This document shows, piece by piece, positions 56,163 through 64,000 of a stretch of 64,000 nucleotides of DNA. Every line of letters begins with the position of its first letter. Positions within the stretch are counted from its first letter, which is position 1. The stretch is from a bacterium (lineage in GTDB: Bacteria > Patescibacteriota > Microgenomatia > Daviesbacterales > UBA10151): NCBI GenBank assembly GCA_021786315.1, contig JAJYNN010000003.1:67360-131359 (forward strand), given 5' to 3'. The translations under genes and the position numbers were made by a program. A model generated the notes under the pieces. It was not told where the DNA came from, made no database searches, and saw only the letters and a program-made list of their open reading frames with translations.

Positions 56163-57293
56163 TTATCCGCCTTTGCCGCGGAAGATTTTCGGGGTTAGCC
56201 AGTCCGCTTCCGGATTTTCTGATTCTATACCTTCACCCGAAGGAGTTTCCTCGGCTGATGGTTGAGGTATTTCAGGCTTGTTCTGTGCTGTATCGAAGGG
56301 TTTTTGCTCAATACCGGAAGACACTACCGGAGGAACGGTAAAACTTTCCTGTTTCTGATCCTGGACCGTGCCGTCTGAAGTGGAAATATTCACCGGCGCA
56401 TTAAAGATCTTGCTTAAATCAATTTCCCCCTCTTGCGGTTGAGGTGCCACCGGTTGAGGAGCGGGTTGCGGGGAGGATACAGGATTAACCGAAAAAGCTT
56501 GCTGAAAATCGGGCTGCTTCGGCTGGGATTCATTAAAGTTTGGTTTCTGCCCGCCCTTTTTCAGAGCTTCAGCAACCACAGCAAAAGTATCAGCAGTGGT
56601 ATTTGTACCTTGTAAGTTATTAGTGGCATTAAATATTCCTGAAAGGACGTTGGAAGCAATATCTGTTTCCAAAGGAAGCTGCAACGACATTAATACCTCC
56701 CCAACTATTTCTGAAACCGAAGAGGAGGCAGAATCGACAATACTTGTATTTCCAAACCTGCTGTTATCACCTTTATTGTCAATATCAATTATATGGGCCG
56801 CAGAAAAAATTTCGGGCTTGGCAGTATAGATTCCGCCTAAATCCGATAAAGTTTTAGCCCCAATCACAAAAATTAAATCAAAATTTCCTCCGGCAGTTTT
56901 TGGAGTAATCGCCGTGGGTTCGAACTTTTGTCCGGGAAAAACTTTAAACACTAAGTTTAAGTCAGACCCGGTAGTAAAGTAATCCATTTTTTCTACCGCT
57001 GTAACTTTTCCATCCGGGGTTGCAACTCCGGACAAAACAATCGAAAAATCTCCTCCCTTACCCTCCGGAAGCTTATTGGTGATATTTCCCACCCCAAATA
57101 AATTCGTGTGCCCCACTAAGATCGAGCCTTCGGTGACGATAGAGACGTCCTTCCCTGCCTGTTTTAAAGAAAGATACAAAGCAAGCCCGGCAGCCAGATC
57201 ATCTATAGTGGGGTTAGAGGACAAGGCAATTAAAACCGAACGAACGGAAGGAAGTAAACCGCGGACATTACCTAATTCAGCCTCATATTTCAT
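56163..57293 (-). CDS. DHH/NrnA-like protein with degenerate catalytic motifs and a low-complexity tail
   Basis: DHH-family layout (PTIDDLAAGLAL, IIDIDNK..N..FG, SSVSEIV, A..VL.GI..AT) in the usual post-infB position. Confidence 0.75.
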   Translation of the reverse strand: MKYEAELGNVRGLLPSVRSVLIALSSNPTIDDLAAGLALYLSLKQAGKDVSIVTEGSILVGHTNLFGVGNITNKLPEGKGGDFSIVLSGVATPDGKVTAVEKMDYFTTGSDLNLVFKVFPGQKFEPTAITPKTAGGNFDLIFVIGAKTLSDLGGIYTAKPEIFSAAHIIDIDNKGDNSRFGNTSIVDSASSSVSEIVGEVLMSLQLPLETDIASNVLSGIFNATNNLQGTNTTADTFAVVAEALKKGGQKPNFNESQPKQPDFQQAFSVNPVSSPQPAPQPVAPQPQEGEIDLSKIFNAPVNISTSDGTVQDQKQESFTVPPVVSSGIEQKPFDTAQNKPEIPQPSAEETPSGEGIESENPEADWLTPKIFRGKGG

Positions 57294-57341
57294 ACAATGT
57301 CAGGATTTTAGCACATGCGCTATAGGATGTAAAATTGAGTC

Positions 57342-58793
57342 TTAAAGAAGCCTAAACGATTCCACTATATCCCCAATTTGGAAATCAATCGGGGGATCAA
57401 ACATCATTCCACACTCCATCCCCTTTTCCACCTTAGTTACCTCTTCCTTAACTTTTTTCAGCATCTTAATCTTCCCCTCACCGATTATTTCTTCACCCCT
57501 GACTACCCTGACTTTTGGTCCTTTAGAGATAGTCCCTTCAGCTACATGACAGCCAGCAATCTTTTCTGATTTACCATAAGGAAATTCGGCAATAATTTGC
57601 GCCCTCCCAAAAACTTCCTCGACTTTGCCCGGCCGAATAATCCCTTCCACCACATCCTCCAGCTCTTCAATTAATTCATAAATAATGTTGTATGTCCGAA
57701 CCAACACATTTTCCGTCTCGGCAATCTTATTGGCTGATGGTTTAATGCCAACATTAAAAGCCAAAACAATAGCCTTGGTGGAGGCGGCAATCTCAACGTC
57801 GGAATCCGTCACTTCACCGGTCCCCGAGGAAACAATCCTCACATGTTCCTCATCAGTATTAAATTTTTGGATCATATCCACAATTGCCTCCAATGACCCT
57901 TGGTTATCGGCTTTGACCACCACAGTTAAGATTTGTTTATCACCCTCTTTGAGCTTATCGATCAAGCTCCGCATTGCTTTACCTTCGTCGGATCTTTCCG
58001 CTTCCTCACCAAGTTTGGCTCCAACTGCCGGAACTGTCACAAAACCTAAAACTTCAACCGGAACTGAGGGGCCTGCCGAGTCAGCCATCTTCCCTGTCCA
58101 GTCAAACATTCCCCGAACTTTGCCCTGTGCCTCCCCAGCCTTGATCATATCACCCTTGTTTAAACTTCCGTCCCGGATTAAAACGGTGGCGATCGGACCC
58201 TTAAATTTATCGATTTTAGCCTCGATAATCACCCCTGAAGCCGGCTTTGACGGATCGCCTTTAAACTCATTAATTTCCGCCACTAAATTGATAGTCTCCA
58301 GCAGGTCTTCTACACCCAAGCCGCTTTTAGCAGAAACCGGTACCAAGGGGGTATCCCCACCGTATTCCTCAATCAAAACTTCTTGGTCGGAAAGCTGTTT
58401 TTTAATCTTTTCGGTTTGGACTTTTACGTCAACCCCTGGCAAATCTATTTTATTTAAAGCTACAATCATCGGGATTTTTGCCCCTTTAATGTGTTTTATT
58501 GCCTCCACCGTTTGCGGCATAATTCCATCGTCAATGGCCACCACTAAAACAGCAATGTCCGCCACTTGGGCTCCCCGGGAACGCATTTTTTCAAAAGCCG
58601 CGTGGCCGGGAGTATCAATAAAGGTAATTTTCTTTCCTCCAGCCTCAGTTTGGTAAGCACCGATCGCCTGGGTGATTCCGCCGTGTTCCCGGGCGGCCAC
58701 CGAAGTTTTCCGGATAAAATCCAGCAGGGTAGTCTTACCATGATCAACATGGCCAAGGATGGTAACAATAGGAGCTCGGAGTTGTTCGGACAT
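57342..58793 (-). CDS. infB: Translation initiation factor IF-2 (minimal, no N-terminal domain)
   Basis: [47 protein letters not shown]. Confidence 0.97.
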   Translation of the reverse strand: MSEQLRAPIVTILGHVDHGKTTLLDFIRKTSVAAREHGGITQAIGAYQTEAGGKKITFIDTPGHAAFEKMRSRGAQVADIAVLVVAIDDGIMPQTVEAIKHIKGAKIPMIVALNKIDLPGVDVKVQTEKIKKQLSDQEVLIEEYGGDTPLVPVSAKSGLGVEDLLETINLVAEINEFKGDPSKPASGVIIEAKIDKFKGPIATVLIRDGSLNKGDMIKAGEAQGKVRGMFDWTGKMADSAGPSVPVEVLGFVTVPAVGAKLGEEAERSDEGKAMRSLIDKLKEGDKQILTVVVKADNQGSLEAIVDMIQKFNTDEEHVRIVSSGTGEVTDSDVEIAASTKAIVLAFNVGIKPSANKIAETENVLVRTYNIIYELIEELEDVVEGIIRPGKVEEVFGRAQIIAEFPYGKSEKIAGCHVAEGTISKGPKVRVVRGEEIIGEGKIKMLKKVKEEVTKVEKGMECGMMFDPPIDFQIGDIVESFRLL

Positions 58794-58828
58794 GTCCTAA
58801 ATTCCTTTCTTTTTTTTATCCCAACCAA

Positions 58829-58918
58829 GAATTAGGATTTAGGAATTAGGAATTAAGCGTAAGAGAGGAAACAATTTGTTTTCATTCTATATTCTTAAAT
58901 CATTATTCTTAAATCTAT
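58829..58918. repeat. Inverted heptamer array (GAWTTAG / CTAAATC-type) between nusA and infB
   Basis: gaattag-gatttag-gaattag-gaattaa ... ttctata-ttcttaa-atcatta-ttcttaa-atcta. Confidence 0.75.
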
Positions 58919-60375
58919 TTCTTGTTTTGATCTTCTGGTTCATTAGTCTCTTCAAAGGGTGGCTCAGCGTCACTTACATCCGGGGTTTCGGAAGTGTTAG
59001 CCACAGTAGGAGCTTCTTCTTCGCTGGGTTGTTCAGTCGCTACCACATCTCCCCTTTGTTTATCAGTGTCTTCTTCAAAAGACCCTTCGTCTTTAGCTAA
59101 TTTTTCAGCTTCCGGTTCCTTGTCATCAGCCTCAATATCAGCTTCAGCGGCAGCAACGGCCTCAGAAGCCTCTTCTCCTGTTGGTTCTTCGGGAGCTGCG
59201 CCATTTGTTGATTCTTCCTCTTCAACCTTAGTTACCCCTTCTTCCACACCTTCAACTACAGCAGCCCGGCCTTCCTTTTCGGCTGTTTCATCAGTCGGCT
59301 CAGGTTGGGTACCTGCCTCTAAACTTTCTTCAGCCTTCTCTACCGCCTCGGCTGCTGCTTGAGCAGGAGCTTGGGAAACACCCTCTTTTACTTCTGCTGT
59401 TCCCTCTCCGGTTCCTTCAATATCAATCTTCCAGCCGGTAAGTTTGGCTGCCAAACGGACATTTTGTCCGCCCTTACCGATTGCCAGTGATAGTTGATTT
59501 GCAGAAACTTTAACTTTAGCCACCTTTTCGCCATCTTTCTCCTCGATAGCAACTGTCACATCTTTGGCCGGAGACAAGGCTGAAGCAATAAATCTTTCAG
59601 GTTCTTCTGAGAAAGGAATAATGTCAATCCTCTCCTCACCCAGCTCATTCATAACAGCCTGGACCCGGACACCTTTTTGGCCAACTAACGAACCCACCGG
59701 ATCAACCCCGCTTTGGGTAGAGATCGCGGCAATCTTAGTCCGGGATCCGGCTTCCCGGGCCACATCCTTAATTTCAACCGCTCCGGTGGAAATTTCCGGT
59801 ACTTCCATAGCAAACAGACCCTTAACCAAATTGGCATCGGAACGGGAAACAACCACTTCCGGACCACGCTTTCCTTCCCGGATCTCTTTGATGTAAAACT
59901 TTAGCCTTTGCCCCTGGTGGTAGTACTCACCCCGGGTTTGCTCAGGAAACGGAAAGACACCTTCAGCCCGGCCTAAATCTACAAAATAAGTGTTGCCTTC
60001 CTGGCGCTGGATCATCCCGGAGATGACTGCCCCAACTTTTTTCTCGTATTCTTCAGTGATAGCGCTCTTTTCAGCCTCGTGAAGACGCTGCATGATAACT
60101 TGCTTGGCGGTTTGGGCAGCGATCCGGGCAAATCCCGGAGGGGTAATGTTTTCCTCACCGCGATGAATGGTGATCTCACCGGTGACCGAATCAATCTGGG
60201 CAGTCAGCTCTTCGAAATCTTCCGGGATCTCTTCACCCCGGAGGGATAAGTCCTTGCGGTACGCAGCCAAGGCTGCAGTTTGGATTGCTTCTAAAATAAC
60301 ATTAACATCTACCCCCTTCTCAGAGGCTAATTGGTTTAAGGCAGCGGCAAATTCTGTTCGTGCTTGTATCGGCAT
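58915..60375 (-). CDS. nusA: Transcription termination/antitermination factor NusA with a long acidic tail
   Basis: RIAAQTAKQVI.Q, AREAGSRTKIA, DPVG..VG..G.R, LAIGKGGQNVRLAAKLTGWKIDI. Confidence 0.98.
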   Translation of the reverse strand: MPIQARTEFAAALNQLASEKGVDVNVILEAIQTAALAAYRKDLSLRGEEIPEDFEELTAQIDSVTGEITIHRGEENITPPGFARIAAQTAKQVIMQRLHEAEKSAITEEYEKKVGAVISGMIQRQEGNTYFVDLGRAEGVFPFPEQTRGEYYHQGQRLKFYIKEIREGKRGPEVVVSRSDANLVKGLFAMEVPEISTGAVEIKDVAREAGSRTKIAAISTQSGVDPVGSLVGQKGVRVQAVMNELGEERIDIIPFSEEPERFIASALSPAKDVTVAIEEKDGEKVAKVKVSANQLSLAIGKGGQNVRLAAKLTGWKIDIEGTGEGTAEVKEGVSQAPAQAAAEAVEKAEESLEAGTQPEPTDETAEKEGRAAVVEGVEEGVTKVEEEESTNGAAPEEPTGEEASEAVAAAEADIEADDKEPEAEKLAKDEGSFEEDTDKQRGDVVATEQPSEEEAPTVANTSETPDVSDAEPPFEETNEPEDQNKK

Positions 60376-60383
60376 GTTTTTTC

Positions 60384-60411
60384 AAAAAAAGGTGGGACCA
60401 GCCCACCTCTT
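60384..60411 (-). terminator. nusA leader attenuator-like hairpin (rimP/nusA-leader type)
   Basis: AGGTGGG-CTGGT-CCCACCT-TTTTTT ending 8 nt before the nusA ATG; promoter TTGACT-17-TAAAAT at 60440-60468. Confidence 0.7.
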
Positions 60412-60523
60412 GTAAGTCCCTTTATTAACTGACACGAACATTTTAGACCCTTCTTAAGATGAAGTCAACCCCACCTGGGAGCACTTGCATCGTACCTCAG
60501 AGGTGCTGATATAATTATTTTCT

Positions 60524-61135
60524 ATGTCGGTATCTTTCGAAATGTTTATCGCCGCGGTAACCTGCTTTTTTAGCTTCGGTATCCAGTCTCTTTTCTATCT
60601 CGTCTATAGACTTAAACGATCCGCATTGATTAAGAAAGAAAAAACGGTATTTGATTATCTTTCAGGTGTTATAGGGGATGGAGTTTTAGTACCCTCAACC
60701 AACATTTTTGCAGTCCAAACCCTTCAATACACCGGAGCAGACCTGTTAAATATGCAAGCTTGGCTTTTGGCTTTACCAATTGGTTTTGCCATCACTTTCT
60801 CCTCACACTATTATCAACAAAAATCTCAGCTTACTAACTGGACAATGCCAAAGATAGGCAGGTGGAATACATTAGGGTTCTACCATGCGTTCTTTATGTT
60901 TTGGGAAACCACATTTTTAGGATACTCCTTAATCAGCCAAATTGAGTTTTCCCTCCATCATGGCCTTAGATCTTTTATCTATTCACCAATTAAATTTGGC
61001 CTTCTAGCGCTGACTTTATTTCTTCTTACTTTCTTTATTGACTACTGGAAGAGTGTCTTTAAGGAATTTGCTGCAGATGTTTTTCGCTCCATTCTTGGCT
61101 TTGAGGTTGATGAGGCCAAAATCCAAGACAATTAG
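60524..61135 (+). CDS. Hypothetical polytopic membrane protein
   Basis: About five hydrophobic helices; TGATATAAT lies 8 nt before the ATG. Confidence 0.75.
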   Translation: MSVSFEMFIAAVTCFFSFGIQSLFYLVYRLKRSALIKKEKTVFDYLSGVIGDGVLVPSTNIFAVQTLQYTGADLLNMQAWLLALPIGFAITFSSHYYQQKSQLTNWTMPKIGRWNTLGFYHAFFMFWETTFLGYSLISQIEFSLHHGLRSFIYSPIKFGLLALTLFLLTFFIDYWKSVFKEFAADVFRSILGFEVDEAKIQDN

Positions 61136-61140
61136 CCCGC

Positions 61141-62391
61141 TTATTTTAGATGGTGCTGCAAAGTTGGGTTTAACAATAACCCCAAGATCCCCAAAGTAAG
61201 CCCAAAGGCAATAAAAATTACACTTACATCAAGTTTTTCTGTAAATAAGGCAATCAGCAACACAGGTACAGGAGTAATAGCCGACGCAGAAACAGTAACT
61301 AAGGAAAATACTCTCCCCAACATATGTTCGGGGGTGTTTTCTTGTAAAATGGTTCGCGAATGCACAGCGATAAATACTGCCGCTACTCCAATAACTATAG
61401 CTGCAGCCACTGTAATAACCCGCAAAACCAAAATTCCCAGCTGATCTCCGCCAAAAAGTAGAGCACTAATTCCAAGCGCAAGTAGAACTAGTCCAAAGGA
61501 GACTATGGCGAAAAAAATTGATCTTCCCCGGGTAAAATATTTTTGGGAAAAATTTAAAAGATAAGTGCCAATTCCCAAACCGATAATTAAAGGGATTACC
61601 AGATAGTAGCTAGTTGCTGTTGGAGGCAGCTGGAGGTATTTCTTTACATAATCAATAAAGATAATTGCCAGCATACCAATATTAAATTCCATCAATGTCA
61701 AAAGGATAATCGGCATTAAAATGGTGTGTTTCCCCCGTGTTTCAGCTATCACCTCCTTAGCCAACATTAAGGTATGAGCAAAAATCCGCTTCCCTGTTAC
61801 TTCTGGACGAACTGTCTCAATGGTTTTTAGACTCAACCTGAGGAGAAGGCCCAAGGCTGTTAATACTCCGGCGATGATGAATGCTGCCTGAGCTCCGGAT
61901 TTATCAATACCCCCAAAAGTTTGAATTACCGGACCAGCCAAAGCATAACCTGCCATTACTGATCCTAAACCGGTAAATAAAAAGAGGGAATTTGCCTGAT
62001 GTAGAGATTCATCTTTGACTAATAGAGGAATCGTTGCCGCCTCAGCCGGAGTAAAAAATTGCGAGACGGAGGCAGATAAAAAGGCTATTAAAAGAATAGC
62101 CTCTAAGTTATGACCGGAGAGGGCATAGGCAAAAAATAATATACTGAGAAGAGAGTCTGTCACAAGCATTAATTTTTTCCGGTTGGACATATCGACAATG
62201 GCTCCGGCAAAAAACCCCACAGCGAAAGCCGGCAAAGTCATGGCGGCATAAAACTGGGCCAAAGATGTTCTCGAACCCGTCACCTGGCTGATTAAAAGTA
62301 AGGCCGTAAAGTTACACATATTAAAGGCAATTTGAAGAAGAATTTGATTTCCCCAAAGCTTTAAAAACTGAGTATTTTTTAGAATATCCAT
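61141..62391 (-). CDS. MFS transporter (DHA3/EntS-like)
   Basis: About 12 TMs; AGAIVDMSNRKKLM, FFTPAE.A.IP.LV, LQENTP..MLGRVFS. Confidence 0.9.
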   Translation of the reverse strand: MDILKNTQFLKLWGNQILLQIAFNMCNFTALLLISQVTGSRTSLAQFYAAMTLPAFAVGFFAGAIVDMSNRKKLMLVTDSLLSILFFAYALSGHNLEAILLIAFLSASVSQFFTPAEAATIPLLVKDESLHQANSLFLFTGLGSVMAGYALAGPVIQTFGGIDKSGAQAAFIIAGVLTALGLLLRLSLKTIETVRPEVTGKRIFAHTLMLAKEVIAETRGKHTILMPIILLTLMEFNIGMLAIIFIDYVKKYLQLPPTATSYYLVIPLIIGLGIGTYLLNFSQKYFTRGRSIFFAIVSFGLVLLALGISALLFGGDQLGILVLRVITVAAAIVIGVAAVFIAVHSRTILQENTPEHMLGRVFSLVTVSASAITPVPVLLIALFTEKLDVSVIFIAFGLTLGILGLLLNPTLQHHLK

Positions 62392-62415
62392 CTGTTATAT
62401 AGTATAAAAAAATAT

Positions 62416-63477
62416 ATGGAAGAATCTAGTGAAGTTGATTTTGGGACTGTTTCTCAGAGTGCTCAGGAATGGGAAAACGGGATTAAAAAAACCATTGAGG
62501 CCAATGGCCATACCTGGCACTATATTGAATACGGCAACCCCCAAGGCACTCCTCTAATTAATATCCATGGCTGGTTAGGCTCCTCTGCAGACGGTAATGA
62601 TCTTTTATCTCGTACCTTCGCTGGCGAAGCTGTTAGCTCCCCTGGACTTTCAGCACTTAACCAAACCTCTCCGGAAAGTGCCCAAGGACTTACAGAAAGA
62701 GTGCAAAATTTAAAGGGTAAGTACCATGTAATAACTCCTGAACTTCCTGGTTTTGGAGTTACTGAAGCATTAGAAGGCAAAGTTTCACTTGATCAAATAG
62801 CTGAAAACTTAGTAGGATTTCAAAAAGCACTTTCTGCAAATCAAGCTATTCTTTTTGGCTCTTCCATGGGAGGAATTTTAGCCATTAAAATGGCTGCGGC
62901 CCATCCAGAAAGCGCCAAAGCCTTAGTTGTCCAGGGGACAATGACCCAACCAAAAGATATGGATAAAGTAACTTACGCCCTAGCCCAAGTTATGACCTGG
63001 GGACCAATTCCCAAAGTCATGGCAAAATTAAATCTTACCGGGAAGCTTTTCACTGCAACTGTTAAGGGCAGTAAGGATTTTCAGATAGCCGATAAACCAA
63101 CTCAAGATAGAATTATTGAAGCCACATTAAAGTCAGATCCTATGACAGCCGCTACAACACTAAAGGAAATTGGTAAGGACATAGGTGACGACATTAATAA
63201 AGTGACTTGCCCGGTTATTGTTGTTGACGGGGCCAATGGAACCCTGGTGCCAATTTTAAAAAGCCAGGAAGCAGCAAAACGTTTTTACCCCGATTCGCCA
63301 TTACCCGAAAAGATTCCCCAAAAGGTCGTTTTTCTTCCCCTAGGTGGAGATGCAGGAGAGCAGGGGCATAATATTGTTAATACGCTACCAGAAGGAGTCG
63401 TCTCTTGGGTTGATTATACCCTCAATAAAATGGCGGAAGACCCTCAAAATCAATCGCCTGCTCAAAGCGCTGCTTAA
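62416..63477 (+). CDS. Alpha/beta fold hydrolase
   Basis: IHGW oxyanion motif, ELPGFG, GSSMGG nucleophile, C-terminal GH. Confidence 0.9.
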   Translation: MEESSEVDFGTVSQSAQEWENGIKKTIEANGHTWHYIEYGNPQGTPLINIHGWLGSSADGNDLLSRTFAGEAVSSPGLSALNQTSPESAQGLTERVQNLKGKYHVITPELPGFGVTEALEGKVSLDQIAENLVGFQKALSANQAILFGSSMGGILAIKMAAAHPESAKALVVQGTMTQPKDMDKVTYALAQVMTWGPIPKVMAKLNLTGKLFTATVKGSKDFQIADKPTQDRIIEATLKSDPMTAATTLKEIGKDIGDDINKVTCPVIVVDGANGTLVPILKSQEAAKRFYPDSPLPEKIPQKVVFLPLGGDAGEQGHNIVNTLPEGVVSWVDYTLNKMAEDPQNQSPAQSAA

Positions 63478-64000
63478 AACCAGCCTTTTTTCTTGGAAGT
63501 GAGCTGGGAAAGCTTTTCAAAGAGTTCTTTTTCCTCTTCAGACAGCTTTTTGGGGATATTAACCCGGATCCGGACAAAATGATCACCTTTTCCTGAGGAA
63601 CGAAGCCTGGCTACCCCTTTATCCTTGATCCTGATGAGCGATCCTGGTTCAGTGCCGGCAGGGACTTTAAGTTTTACCGGTCCCCAGATAGTTTTGACCT
63701 CCACCACATCCCCTAAAACAATTTGGGGAATGGAAAGGGTAATTTCCGAAAAGATATCTGCCCCTTCCCGCAAAAATTCCGGGTGGCGCCTGACCCGAAA
63801 AACCAAATCAATTCCCTCAAACCTCATCCTGGTACCGTTATCCACCCCGGCCGGGACTTTAATGGTCATATGTTTGGTCTTGCCATTACTTTCCGGGATC
63901 TCAATCTCTTTAGTGGTTCCATTAATGGCCTCATTAAAGGTAATCTCCATTTGGTAAGTCGGAGTCCTTTGGTAAGCTCCGGCAAAGGGATTGCCCTGAC
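63474..64000 (-). CDS. DnaJ/CbpA-type J-protein C-terminal part (5'-truncated by the window edge)
   Basis: ITFNEAING, KVPAGVDNG, F.REGADI, VPAGT.PG..IRI..KG, GDHFV; no CxxCxGxG zinc finger in the visible part. Confidence 0.88.
   Translation of the reverse strand, partial: QGNPFAGAYQRTPTYQMEITFNEAINGTTKEIEIPESNGKTKHMTIKVPAGVDNGTRMRFEGIDLVFRVRRHPEFLREGADIFSEITLSIPQIVLGDVVEVKTIWGPVKLKVPAGTEPGSLIRIKDKGVARLRSSGKGDHFVRIRVNIPKKLSEEEKELFEKLSQLTSKKKGWF

Noticed and set aside
57685-58656. 323-aa plus-strand ORF antisense to infB, and the many other antisense ORFs in the track
   Set aside because: These are shadows of conserved genes on the opposite strand, with no motifs or start signals.

Overview
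Core-genome window of a small-genome bacterium that looks like Patescibacteria/CPR, probably Microgenomates. This is inferred from the lack of rpmD/L30 in the spc cluster, short AlaRS and IF2, a split PEP synthase and many apparently leaderless genes. About 31 kb (4.6-35.4 kb, minus strand) is the rpoBC-str-S10-spc-alpha-rplM/rpsI superoperon, broken by orphan genes and internal sigma70-type promoters. The left end holds GT4, a glycogen-debranching-type hydrolase and a phosphohexomutase. The right half holds mltG, yqgF, an FtsA-like/baseplate-J-like fusion, alaS, rodZ-like, ftsK, rnj, a protease-less Lon, pnp, rpsO, a degenerate DHH protein, infB, nusA, an MFS transporter, a hydrolase and a partial J-protein. 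I found no rRNA, tRNA, CRISPR array or transposase. The most notable signals are: (1) palindromic 8-mer repeat elements sitting in frame inside essential genes (a ~26-aa insertion in Map, and the tails of L3, S17 and L17), with related 7-mer inverted-repeat elements at operon junctions; (2) a candidate ~150-nt structured sRNA bounded by a promoter and a terminator at 42.44-42.59 kb; (3) an RNA polymerase beta' catalytic motif reading GADFDGD instead of NADFDGD, plus a stand-alone GreA-N-like coiled coil upstream of fusA; (4) the FtsA-like/TM/baseplate-J-like fusion upstream of yqgF-mltG. All calls come from motif recognition by eye; no database searches or folding programs were run.
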